Positions 1-9,223 of a DNA stretch of 64,000 nt are shown one piece after another. Location: contig CABQAR010000003.1 in the NCBI GenBank assembly GCA_902462205.1, positions 9,982 through 73,981 of the forward strand, read 5' to 3'. The notes under the pieces were generated by a model. It was not told where the DNA came from and made no database searches. It saw nothing but the letters and a program-made list of their open reading frames with translations. The DNA comes from an uncultured Dialister sp. GTDB lineage: Bacteria; Bacillota; Negativicutes; Veillonellales; Dialisteraceae. How positions within the stretch are numbered: position 1 is the stretch's first letter; each line of letters opens with the position of its first letter. The translations under genes were made by a program, and so were the position numbers.

Positions 1-2
1 GC

Positions 3-1055
3 AGCCTGATCATCGGCATCGTGATCCCCATCATGCTGATTCTTCTCATCGGCTACGGCATGTCTCTTGATGTGAAGGACGTTCCCGTCGCCGTCGTAAT
101 GGAGGATACGTCGCCGACGGCGCAGGACATGCTTTCCTTCATGGACGGTTCGGAATATTTCAACCCGACCTATGTGACATCCATGCACGCAGGAGAAACC
201 CTCATGCATGAACGGAAGGTGGATGCCATCCTCCGCGTACCTTCTGATTTTACGAAGGGGCTCCGGCAGGGAAACGCCCGTGTGCAGATCATCCTGTGGG
301 GTGTGGATGCGGCGACGGCGCGGACGGCAGGCTCTTATCTGGAAGCGGGTATCGGGATGTGGCAGGCGGAGAACGCCTCCCGGTATGCCGCGTCTTCGAA
401 CGGTCTGGGTACGGTGTCCGTGGTTTCAAGGCAGTGGTTCAATGATGCGAATACGAGCACATGGTTTTTCATCCCCGGCCTTGTCGTCCTCATCATGACG
501 CTTGTCGGCGTATTCCTGACAACGATGGTCATGGCGAGGGAATGGGAACGGGGAACGCTGGAGGCGATGTTCATCACGCCGGTCAGGACGCTGGAAATAT
601 TGCTGTCCAAGATGGTTCCTTATTTCTGCGTCGCCATGATCGGATTCTGGCTGTGCATCCTCGCGGCAAGGTATCTATACGGCGTGCCGATCCACGGCTC
701 CTTCGCCGTCATCCTGCTGAGCTCCCTCATCTATGTCGTAGTCACGCTGGGCATGGGATTGACGATTTCTTCCGTGGTGAAAAGCCAGTTCCTGGCATGC
801 CAGATTTCCATGCTGATCAGCATCCTGCCGACGATGATGCTGAGCGGATTCATTTTTGACCTGAAGAGCGCACCTGCGATTATCAGCATCGTGGGGCATA
901 TATTTCCCGCTACCTATTACATGGAGCTGCTGAAATCCCTGTTTCTGGCAGGAAACCACTGGTCGCTGATCTTCAGAAATTCGGCGATTCTGATTTTTTA
1001 TGCGGTTTTCTTTGTGGGGCTTTCCTACAAGGTCACGAAAAAGAGGCTGGAATGA
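3..1055 (+). CDS. ABC-2 type transporter permease (YbhS-like), 5'-truncated by window edge
   Basis: Frame is open from the window edge; 'AREWERGTLE' and 'MLSGFIF' motifs and multiple TM segments typical of YbhS-type ABC-2 permeases. Confidence 0.9.
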   Translation, partial: SLIIGIVIPIMLILLIGYGMSLDVKDVPVAVVMEDTSPTAQDMLSFMDGSEYFNPTYVTSMHAGETLMHERKVDAILRVPSDFTKGLRQGNARVQIILWGVDAATARTAGSYLEAGIGMWQAENASRYAASSNGLGTVSVVSRQWFNDANTSTWFFIPGLVVLIMTLVGVFLTTMVMAREWERGTLEAMFITPVRTLEILLSKMVPYFCVAMIGFWLCILAARYLYGVPIHGSFAVILLSSLIYVVVTLGMGLTISSVVKSQFLACQISMLISILPTMMLSGFIFDLKSAPAIISIVGHIFPATYYMELLKSLFLAGNHWSLIFRNSAILIFYAVFFVGLSYKVTKKRLE

Positions 1056-2170
1056 TGAAAGAATTTCTGTTTTATCTGCGGCGCATCCTTTTCATGGTGC
1101 GGAAGGAAATGCTGGCCACGCTGAAGGATCCGAAGAGCCGGTTCATCCTGATATTCCCTGCCGTCGTGCAGACGCTCCTTTTCGGATATGTGGCTTCCTA
1201 CAATCTTGACGAGGTGTCCTACGCGGTCCTGGATCAGAGCAGGAGCAGGTATTCTGCGGAGCTGCTCGCCCATCTGGACGGCAGCGGCATATTCCACAGG
1301 CAGGCCACGATTGCGAACACCTCACAGATATCCGGGTATATAGATTCCGGCGAAGTGAGCGCCGTCCTTGTCATCGGCAGCGATTTCGCCAATCAGCTCG
1401 CCGCAGGGCAGACGGCGCCTCTGCAGGTCATCACCGATGGAAGGAATACGATGACCTCCGGCATCGCGACAGGATATATTTCCAATATCGTCGCCGCCTA
1501 CAACCGCTCCCTCCATGGGGGGCAGCAGCTGGTCCGGGTGGACTCCATCACATGGTACAATCCGAACCAGATCACCCGCTGGGGATTTCTGGCGGCGCTC
1601 CTGCCCATGGTGAGCCTGACGCAGGTCATGGTGCTTTCAGGGCTTTCCGTCGCGCGGGAAAGAGAATTGGGAACCTTTGACCAACTCATGGTGACGCCCC
1701 TTTCACCGATGGAAATACTCATCGGGAAAGCGGTCCCTCCTCTTCTGATCGGGCTTACGCAATCGATGATCGTGCTGTCCATCGCCGTGTTCTGGTTTCG
1801 CGTATCCATGGCAGGATCTCTCCTTACCCTGATCCTTGTCATGGCGGTATTCCTAATCAGCTGCGTGGGGATCGGGCTTTCCGTTTCTGCAATTTCAAAT
1901 AATATGCAGCAGGTCATCGTATACAGCTTCGTCATCATCCTGCCTATCATGCTTTTGTCAGGCATGGCGACGCCGGTACGGAACATGCCGAAGCTGCTCC
2001 AGTATTTCACCTATGTCAATCCGATGCGTTTCGCGGTGGACGCGGTGCGCCGCATTTACATCGAAGGAGCGGATCTGTCCGCCATCGCCCCCGATTTCCT
2101 GCCCATGCTCCTTGTGGCGGCGGTGACGATGCCGACGGCGGCATGGATGTTCCGTCATAAATTGTCTTGA
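1052..2170 (+). CDS. ABC-2 type transporter permease (YbhR-like)
   Basis: 'ARERELGTFDQLMVTP' and 'LSGMATPVRNMP' motifs; ATGA overlap with upstream permease. Confidence 0.9.
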   Translation: MMKEFLFYLRRILFMVRKEMLATLKDPKSRFILIFPAVVQTLLFGYVASYNLDEVSYAVLDQSRSRYSAELLAHLDGSGIFHRQATIANTSQISGYIDSGEVSAVLVIGSDFANQLAAGQTAPLQVITDGRNTMTSGIATGYISNIVAAYNRSLHGGQQLVRVDSITWYNPNQITRWGFLAALLPMVSLTQVMVLSGLSVARERELGTFDQLMVTPLSPMEILIGKAVPPLLIGLTQSMIVLSIAVFWFRVSMAGSLLTLILVMAVFLISCVGIGLSVSAISNNMQQVIVYSFVIILPIMLLSGMATPVRNMPKLLQYFTYVNPMRFAVDAVRRIYIEGADLSAIAPDFLPMLLVAAVTMPTAAWMFRHKLS

Positions 2171-2185
2171 TCGGGGGGAGAAAAA

Positions 2186-2845
2186 TTGGTACAGGGAGCA
2201 AAGATAAAAAGGACGGCAGCTGCGGAAAAACAGCGGACGGACGGAAAAGAAACCTACGAGAAAATCATGGAATGCGCAGGGAAGCTGATTGCGGAGAAAG
2301 GGTTCGCCGCTGTCACAAGCAAGGAAATCTGTGAAAAGGCAGGGGTGAATCTGGCGGCCGTCAATTACCATTTCGGCAGCAGGAACGGGATGTACCTCGC
2401 CCTTCTGGAACAGGTGCACCAGTATGTGATTCCGCTGGAAAGGCTGCAGGCCCTTGAACGATCCGGTCTGACGCCACGGGAAAAGGTGGAAGCGTGCATC
2501 GGATTTCTGGTGGAAAACGCGTTCCGGAAGCGTGACTGGCAGATGGGGGTATGGGTGCGTGAAATGATGAACCCGTCGCCTCTTCTGCGGGAGTTTGTCA
2601 ATGAAGCAGGCCTGCCCAAATTTTCCATCATCGTGAAAATATTTTCCGAGTATACGGGCTATGGAGAAAACGACCACAGGCTGTACAGCGCCATGGTGAC
2701 GCTCGCGGCGCCTTTCGCGATGATGGTTCTGGGACAGTACCATCCGGTGACGGGAGAAATACCGGTGCATTTTCCCCGGGAACGGCTGGCGGAGGATCTG
2801 AAAAGTCTGGCGCTTGCCAATCTAGAAAATCTGAAGAAGCAGTAA
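2186..2845 (+). CDS. TetR-family regulator (CecR/YbiH-like)
   Basis: N-terminal HTH 'KEICEKAGVNLAAVNYHFGS'; TTG start after GGGGGAG; adjacent to YbhSR-like efflux genes. Confidence 0.88.
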   Translation: MVQGAKIKRTAAAEKQRTDGKETYEKIMECAGKLIAEKGFAAVTSKEICEKAGVNLAAVNYHFGSRNGMYLALLEQVHQYVIPLERLQALERSGLTPREKVEACIGFLVENAFRKRDWQMGVWVREMMNPSPLLREFVNEAGLPKFSIIVKIFSEYTGYGENDHRLYSAMVTLAAPFAMMVLGQYHPVTGEIPVHFPRERLAEDLKSLALANLENLKKQ

Positions 2846-2902
2846 ATATTTCACGGCGTCATACAAGGATGTCATGAGGTCTAAAAGTACATGGGGGGTA
2901 TC

Positions 2903-3286
2903 ATGGAAGAAAAAATCTATCGCTGTCCGATCCGGTATTACAGCATCATCACCGTGGCCAAGGATTTCGTATCGCAGGCGGGACAGAATACGGTGTGCGG
3001 GGAGAAAAAGGAATGGCCGGAGGCTGAAAAAGCCATCCGCGAGGTGCAGGAAATGGTGGCGAAGCAGGAAGTCTACGCCACGGTGGTGAACAGCCTGACG
3101 CCGTATGTGTTCCTCCTCGTCGAAACGGAAACAGGAGCACCTTACTGGCAGTACCTCGATCTGGCCGGCTCGCTCGGCATGGTCCGTTTCACCAATGATC
3201 CGTCGTATGTGGAGGCGGAAAAGGTGGTTTACGAGAACGGCGGATATATGTACAGGATCAAAGAAATCCATCTGCAAAGGAAATAA
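2903..3286 (+). CDS. Hypothetical protein
   Basis: Clean ORF with G-rich RBS, followed by a strong hairpin; no family recognised. Confidence 0.7.
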   Translation: MEEKIYRCPIRYYSIITVAKDFVSQAGQNTVCGEKKEWPEAEKAIREVQEMVAKQEVYATVVNSLTPYVFLLVETETGAPYWQYLDLAGSLGMVRFTNDPSYVEAEKVVYENGGYMYRIKEIHLQRK

Positions 3287-3317
3287 GGGAAGGGCAGCCT
3301 GAAAAACGGCTTCCATC

Positions 3318-3377
3318 AAAAATACAGCCTGCGTTTTTATCTGTCGGCGCGGATAAAAGCGGAAAGCTGTATTTTTT
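3318..3377. terminator. Long hairpin / intrinsic terminator
   Basis: AAAAATACAGC...GCTGTATTTTTT inverted repeat with an inner TTTTATC/GATAAAA stem. Confidence 0.65.
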
Positions 3378-3490
3378 GCTATAATTAAGGATATAAAATA
3401 TAAAAAACCAGTCAGATAAAAAGGGCTTGCCGCCTGGCCTCTGTGCAGCGCGGCGGAATATGCCCTGTTTCTGATATTCAATCGAGGTGC

Positions 3491-4540
3491 ATGATGAAAA
3501 AAATATTGGCTTCGGCCTGCCTTTCCGCGGCCTTGCTGACGGCCACCGCCTATGCGGATACCATTACGCTTCCGTTGGGAACGGTCATGGATTTGGGAGA
3601 ACATATCGACGTCTGGGAAGGGCAGAAATCCTTTTTCGGCGCACAGATGGATGACTGGATGATCCGCAGCGATTTTGACGAAACCATTGAACGCGGCATC
3701 CATGAAGCGGGGCTGTTCACCGATTCTCCCGCCGCGACGAAAGAACTGGCCGGAATCGTGTCAAAAGCAGTCAAGTCGGGGAAGGTCTACCAGCTCCGTG
3801 CCAATACGCCTGACGCGTTTTACCAGACGATGGTGGTTTCCATTCCTCTTTCCGATGCAGATCTTTCCAGAGCGGAAGCGCTGGGACGGATCGCCAATGA
3901 GCCGCCTGCTCCCATGGAAACGGCGGCTGCGGATGAATCATCCGTGAAAGCGGAAGGCAAGGAAATGCCCGGGCAGGAACCCGTTGATAAAGAGTCTGAA
4001 ACACCGGCTGTGGATGCAAAAGACTTGATGAAGGAAGAAAAAATACCGTCCGGCGCGGAAAATCCGATGGACGGACAGACGTCTTCCGTCGGCATGAATA
4101 CCGTGGATACGCGGAAGGTCTATGAGGAAAAGCAGGGCGTCCTTGCGCTGGAACCGACAGACTCCGTTTTAGGAAGCGTCAAGAAGGATAAAAAGAAGGA
4201 TAAGGAAGAGGAAAAGCCGCTGAGGCTGGTAGACGGAACGGAGCTGGAGAAGCTGGAACCGGGCCCTCTGTACAAAACTCTCTTTGATAAGTATGACGGA
4301 CAGGTGTATGTGGGAGAACATTCCGGCTGGCAGGAGAAAAAATCCGCAGACGGCAGCCCGTACCGCATCGGCCATGCCAGAGTAGGATTCTTCAGCCATG
4401 GCTACCTGATGCCGCTCTTTGTCGAGGGGATCATCGGAAAGACGGGGGACACCTCCGTATATACCCTGTTTATCGGAGACCAGAAATCCGGTGAATATTT
4501 TGCGCCGTATATTGAAAAAGCGGCACAGGGGATGAAATGA
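3491..4540 (+). CDS. Secreted hypothetical protein with acidic low-complexity central linker
   Basis: Signal peptide MMKKILASACLSAALLTATAYA; GAGGTG RBS. Confidence 0.8.
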   Translation: MMKKILASACLSAALLTATAYADTITLPLGTVMDLGEHIDVWEGQKSFFGAQMDDWMIRSDFDETIERGIHEAGLFTDSPAATKELAGIVSKAVKSGKVYQLRANTPDAFYQTMVVSIPLSDADLSRAEALGRIANEPPAPMETAAADESSVKAEGKEMPGQEPVDKESETPAVDAKDLMKEEKIPSGAENPMDGQTSSVGMNTVDTRKVYEEKQGVLALEPTDSVLGSVKKDKKKDKEEEKPLRLVDGTELEKLEPGPLYKTLFDKYDGQVYVGEHSGWQEKKSADGSPYRIGHARVGFFSHGYLMPLFVEGIIGKTGDTSVYTLFIGDQKSGEYFAPYIEKAAQGMK

Positions 4541-5307
4541 TGAAAAGGGAAATAATGGCTGCTGCAGTGGGACTTTTCCTCCTTGCACAGCCTGTTTCGG
4601 CGGAAATGCCTCCCATGGGGGCGGATACGGGCTTCATGACATCCATCGCCGGTATGGCGGCCATGGCGCCGTCTGTCGGAGAAGGAGCGCTTTCCGCCAT
4701 CTGGCAGGGAATCGGCCAAAGCGATGCGGCCGGCTTCCTTTCTGATGATAAGCTGCCGAAGAATACGGCGTTCACGCCCTTTGATTTTGATCCGTCAGGA
4801 AAAACAGGGCTTCTGACCATTAAGGACAAAAAGTCCGTTGTTACCGCGTTCGTGGCAGGTTGTGAAATCAATCCGAAGACAGGGGAAAAAGCGCTCGCCG
4901 ATGTGTTTGACTCGCCGAGCCTGTCGCCTGCTTCTGTTTCCGAGCTGTACCAGTTCAATCTGTCGCTTCTCAATTCTGAAAATCTGCTGAATAATATGTT
5001 TCTGGAAATGGAGAAGCGGGTCAATCAGAAGGAAGGCTCCGATTTGCCAAAGGTTCCGTACAATCTGGTGACCGTGGACTATCTCCATGTGGAACAGCTC
5101 CATCGCGTCCAGGATAAGCCGCGGATCTATACCAGCGGCGTGCGCGCCGTATTTCTGGCAGACGGCGTGGCGATTCCTGTTTATGCAAAGAGCTATCTCA
5201 TGCGTTACAGGGATAAATACAGGGTGCTTTTATTCATTACTCCGGACAGCGGAAATGGCATCGTCAAAGAAAAAGCGGATCAGATTGCCGCGGTATCCGC
5301 GGAATAA
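4537..5307 (+). CDS. Secreted hypothetical protein
   Basis: Signal peptide MMKREIMAAAVGLFLLAQPVSA; ATGA overlap with upstream gene. Confidence 0.8.
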   Translation: MMKREIMAAAVGLFLLAQPVSAEMPPMGADTGFMTSIAGMAAMAPSVGEGALSAIWQGIGQSDAAGFLSDDKLPKNTAFTPFDFDPSGKTGLLTIKDKKSVVTAFVAGCEINPKTGEKALADVFDSPSLSPASVSELYQFNLSLLNSENLLNNMFLEMEKRVNQKEGSDLPKVPYNLVTVDYLHVEQLHRVQDKPRIYTSGVRAVFLADGVAIPVYAKSYLMRYRDKYRVLLFITPDSGNGIVKEKADQIAAVSAE

Positions 5308-5314
5308 GCATAAG

Positions 5315-5349
5315 AAAACGGACAGAATGGAAGGTTCTGCCCGTTTTTT
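5315..5349. terminator. Bidirectional intrinsic terminator
   Basis: AAAACGGACAGAA/TTCTGCCCGTTTTTT between convergent genes. Confidence 0.7.
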
Positions 5350-5363
5350 CGTGCCTGTTTTTA

Positions 5364-6708
5364 TTATGCGTGGGGAATGTCCGTGTGCTTGGAAATGGCG
5401 CCGCTGATGGTCACCAGATCTTTCACGCTGAGGTCATGGATATCTTTGTGGCCGGTCACTCTTGCAAAGGTTTTCAGCTCCTCTTTGGAAACAGTGAGGA
5501 AATTGGCGACCCTGCGGGAGGCTTTTTCCACATCGAGCCGTTTGCGAAGCTCCGGATCCTGCCGTGGCGATGGCGATGGCATCCGCCCCCATGGCGATGG
5601 CCTTGGCGAAGTCAGCGGAAACGCGGAGCCCGCCTGTGATGACGAGGGCGATGTCGGAATGGACGGAGTCGAGATATTTTCTTGCCCTGTACAGGGCGTA
5701 GATGGTCGGGATGGAAGTGGCTTCACGGAGCAGGAGCGGACTGGAGCCGGTAGCGCCGCCTCTGCCGTCGATGGTGATGAAATCGGGCTCTGCGTGGACG
5801 CACCATTCCAGATCGGCCTCGATGTGCCCGGCGGCGATCTTGATGCCGATGGGACGGCCGCCGCTTCTTCTGCGCAGCATGGAAACCATATGCTTCAAAT
5901 CGGATTTGGAGTTGATTTCAGGGAAACGGCTTGGACTCTGGACGTCTTCTCCCTCTTTCTTTCCGCGGAGGGCGGCGATTTCCGCCGTCACCTTGGCGCC
6001 CGGGAGATGGCCGCCCATGCCGGGTTTCGTTCCCTGCCCGATTTTGATTTCGATCGCGTCCGCTTCACGCAGATTTTCATCCGTGACGCTGTATTTGTTG
6101 GGGACATATTCAAAAATATATTTGTGGGCCGCCGCCTTTTCCTCGGGAAGGATGCCGCCCTCGCCGCTGCAGATGGCGGTTCCGGCCAGCGCTGCTCCCA
6201 TGGAAAGCGCTGTTTTCGCTTCCTTCGAAAGGGCGCCGAAGGACATGTGGGAAATATAGACGGGCATGTCGAGCTTCATTGGCTTTTTGGCGTGCTTGCC
6301 GATGACCGTTTCCGTCGAGACTTCCGTATCATCATCCAGCGGGGCAGGATGGAGCTGGTTGCCCAAAAGGAGGATGTCTTCCCATCTGGGGAGGGGGAGG
6401 AGCGTGCCCATCGCGCCGCCCAGTGATTTTCCCGATACGGCCATCTGGTGGATTTCTTCCATATAACGGATGGAGGAATCCTTCCTGGAGTAAACGGGGT
6501 CATAAGACAGATCGCTTTCCGGTTTTTCGGAGACCGGTGCGGATTCCGCCGGCGCTTCGCATGGCGGAGCGGACGTTTCTTCCTCCACCTTTTCATAATC
6601 GGCGGCAGGCATCATGCACATCGGACATTTTTCAAGCGTGGAAAACGGTTTCCCTTCCACTTCCTCATCATAAATATATCCGCAGTAAGGACAACGATAT
6701 TTAGCCAT
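5364..6708 (-). pseudogene. Rubredoxin + FMN-binding glutamate synthase family protein, frameshifted by an internal deletion
   Basis: CPYC..CPMC rubredoxin; 'HMSFGALS', 'EIKIGQGTKPGMGGHLPGAKV' and 'IDGRGGATG' motifs; frame breaks after 'GADAIAIATA' and the expected C-terminus 'QDPELRKRL...TDIPHA' lies in another frame ending at 5364. Confidence 0.85.
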
Positions 6709-6828
6709 ATTTTTCTCCTTTCGCAACTCCGACTTCCTGTTAACCCCATTATCCCACGCTTTATGGATAAGTCAAACGAAAAATCCCCTCTGCCGGAACG
6801 GCGGCAGAGAGGAAAAGAGGAATCCTGT

Positions 6829-8160
6829 TTACAGATAATGGTATTCTTTTCGAAGCGACAGCCAGAAGAAAACCGTGACAAGGAAAGCGGCCGATTTGGC
6901 GACGGATACGGAGAGCCAGATTCCGTCGGTGCCGAGATATATGGGAAGCAGAAGAACGGCGATGACTTCGAAAACGACAGATTGCAGGACGGAAATGACG
7001 GAGGAAACGAACCCGTTGTTCAATGCGGTAAAGAAAGCGGAGCCGTAAATACAGAAGCCGCTGAAGAGAAAAGAGAGGGAAAACAGGCGGAAGCCGCGCA
7101 CGGTCAGCTCATAAAGAAGGCTGTCATAGCCGACGAAGAAGCGGGCCAGCAGCGGAGCGCACAGAAATGCAGAGCCCATGAGGAAAAGACCGGCGGCGGA
7201 AAAAATAATGATGCTCTTTTTGAAAATATTCTGCAATTCCTGATGGCGCCGGGCGCCGTAATTGTAACTGACGATGGGGGCCGTGCCCATCGCGTAGCCG
7301 ATATAGACAGCCTCGAACAGGAAGGAAATATACATGATGACGCCGAAGGCCGCCACGCCATCTGCTCCGGCGACGGAGATGAGACGGTAATTATATAGCA
7401 TGGCGACAAAGGACATGGAGATGTTCGTAAGCAGCTCAGAAGAACCGTTCGTGCAGACCTTCCGAAGAGCGCCGCTGTCCCATTCCGGCCTGATGAGGGA
7501 CAGCGTGCTTGTATTTCTTCTCAGAAAATACAGGAGCGGAAAGAGTCCGCCCACACATTCGCAGATGACTGTGGCGAGTGCGGCTCCGGTGACACCCCAT
7601 TGGAAGACGAGGATGAAGAGCGCGTCCAGAAGGATATTGATGACCCCTGACAGGACAGTGATGCGGAGGCCGAGCGAAGGCTTTCCGGCGGTGACTAAAA
7701 AGTGCTCAAACACGCGCTGCAGAATGAAAGCCGGCAGGGAGATGAGAAGGATACGTCCGTAAAGGACGCTGTAATCGAGGATTTCTCCTTCCGCTCCCAT
7801 CCCGCGGGCGAGGTAAGGAAGAAAGAAATAAGCGGAAACGGAAAGCACGAGGCCGGAACAGGATGCTGCCGCCACGATGAGGGAAAAGATACGGTTCGCT
7901 TTTTCACGGCCCCCTTCCCCCATGATTTTGGCGACGAGGGCGCTTCCTCCCGAACCGAGCATGAACCCGATACAGCTGAAAATCATGATGGCGGGATAAA
8001 TCAGATTGACGGCGGCGAAAGCGGTTTTGCCCACGAAATTTGACACGAAAAGTCCGTCGACGATGGAATAGGCGGAAATAAAGAGCATCATGACGATGGA
8101 GGGAAGGACGAAGCGGGACAGCTTTTGGTAATCGAAGCGGGAGGAAATATCGATGGTCAT
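6829..8160 (-). CDS. MATE family efflux transporter
   Basis: 'YSIVDGLFVSNFVG', 'NILLDALFI' and 'VSYNYGA' MATE motifs; start reassigned to MTIDIS, overlapping the marR stop. Confidence 0.92.
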   Translation of the reverse strand: MTIDISSRFDYQKLSRFVLPSIVMMLFISAYSIVDGLFVSNFVGKTAFAAVNLIYPAIMIFSCIGFMLGSGGSALVAKIMGEGGREKANRIFSLIVAAASCSGLVLSVSAYFFLPYLARGMGAEGEILDYSVLYGRILLISLPAFILQRVFEHFLVTAGKPSLGLRITVLSGVINILLDALFILVFQWGVTGAALATVICECVGGLFPLLYFLRRNTSTLSLIRPEWDSGALRKVCTNGSSELLTNISMSFVAMLYNYRLISVAGADGVAAFGVIMYISFLFEAVYIGYAMGTAPIVSYNYGARRHQELQNIFKKSIIIFSAAGLFLMGSAFLCAPLLARFFVGYDSLLYELTVRGFRLFSLSFLFSGFCIYGSAFFTALNNGFVSSVISVLQSVVFEVIAVLLLPIYLGTDGIWLSVSVAKSAAFLVTVFFWLSLRKEYHYL

Positions 8161-8624
8161 ACTGCATGCTCCGGTGAAAATTTCTTTCTGACCGCTTCCA
8201 AAAGATGCTGGTTGTAATGGGAAGTGGCCTCGTACAGCTGTTTCTTCTCTTCCTGGTCCAGCTTTTTCCATGCCGTATTTTCCAGTTCCGCCATGACGTC
8301 GATATGCTCTTTGGCGAACGCGATTCCCTGTATAGTGAGGGAAATCACCTTCACACGCTGGTTTTCCGGCGGAGCGGAAAGCATCAGGTGTCCTTTCCGG
8401 ACCAGCTGTCGGAGAGCGGCATTCACCGTCTGTTTGTTCATGTGGAGCAGGTCGGAAATCTGGTGCTGGAAGCGGCATCCGTCAAGGCGTATGGCGGAAA
8501 AACACCAGAACTCCGCATCGGAAAGGCCGCTTTGCTTTTGAATGATTTCATAAATGGCATCTGTCTCTGTCATCAGGTTATAAAAATCAGAAATTTCTTT
8601 TAACCGTTTCATGAAAACCTCCAT
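8157..8624 (-). CDS. MarR family regulator
   Basis: Winged HTH 'KQTVNAALRQL..KG...ENQRVKVISLT'; directly upstream of the MATE gene. Confidence 0.88.
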   Translation of the reverse strand: MEVFMKRLKEISDFYNLMTETDAIYEIIQKQSGLSDAEFWCFSAIRLDGCRFQHQISDLLHMNKQTVNAALRQLVRKGHLMLSAPPENQRVKVISLTIQGIAFAKEHIDVMAELENTAWKKLDQEEKKQLYEATSHYNQHLLEAVRKKFSPEHAV

Positions 8625-8767
8625 GTATAATACAAAAATGGATTATATGAAAATGGACTATTAAAGTATACCATGCGAGGAATGCAAAAACAAGAAAACG
8701 GCTTTCCAGCCTCCGCAGCGGAAGTGAAAAGCCGTTTTTGATTGAAATAGGGAATTTTATCCAACGG

Positions 8768-9145
8768 TTATTTTTTATGCTTTGCTTTTTTCTTTTTAGC
8801 TTTCCTGCCCTTTTTCAGTGCGTCCGTATCCAACGAAAAAGCGGGAGGTTCTTCGGGAAGGTATTCTTCTCCCTTTAATTCTGCCAGTTCTTTTCGAAGC
8901 GATTCTTTCTCCGCTTTCAGGTTTTCCAGGGCAAGGGCGTCCTCTTTTGCTTTCTCACGGGAAATTTCCACCAGCAGTCCGCCGATGCCCCAGCTGTCCA
9001 TTTCCACTTCTTCAATGGTGACAACCGTGGTTTTCGGGTTTTTGTGAAGCACATCGGCCAGAAGCTGGGTGGCGCCTTTGATTAAAGCGGCTTTCTGCTC
9101 GGATGTAGCGCCTTCACGGGTGATTTTGATGTTGATATAGGGCAT
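8768..9145 (-). CDS. 4-oxalocrotonate tautomerase family protein with C-terminal coiled-coil/basic extension
   Basis: M-P-Y-I-N-I-K start (catalytic Pro1), 'EQKAALIKGAT..L..VL.K', 'IEEV...WGIGG'. Confidence 0.85.
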   Translation of the reverse strand: MPYINIKITREGATSEQKAALIKGATQLLADVLHKNPKTTVVTIEEVEMDSWGIGGLLVEISREKAKEDALALENLKAEKESLRKELAELKGEEYLPEEPPAFSLDTDALKKGRKAKKKKAKHKK

Positions 9146-9223
9146 GGGAGAACCTCCGATCTGAAATAAAACCATATATGCTTATTATACCATCGGGAAG
9201 GCACCCTTCGAAAAGGGGGATGA

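Noticed and set aside
8161..8478. N-terminal extension of the 549-aa MATE ORF
   Set aside because: It overlaps marR in another frame; the plausible start is the ATG at 8160, coupled to the marR stop.
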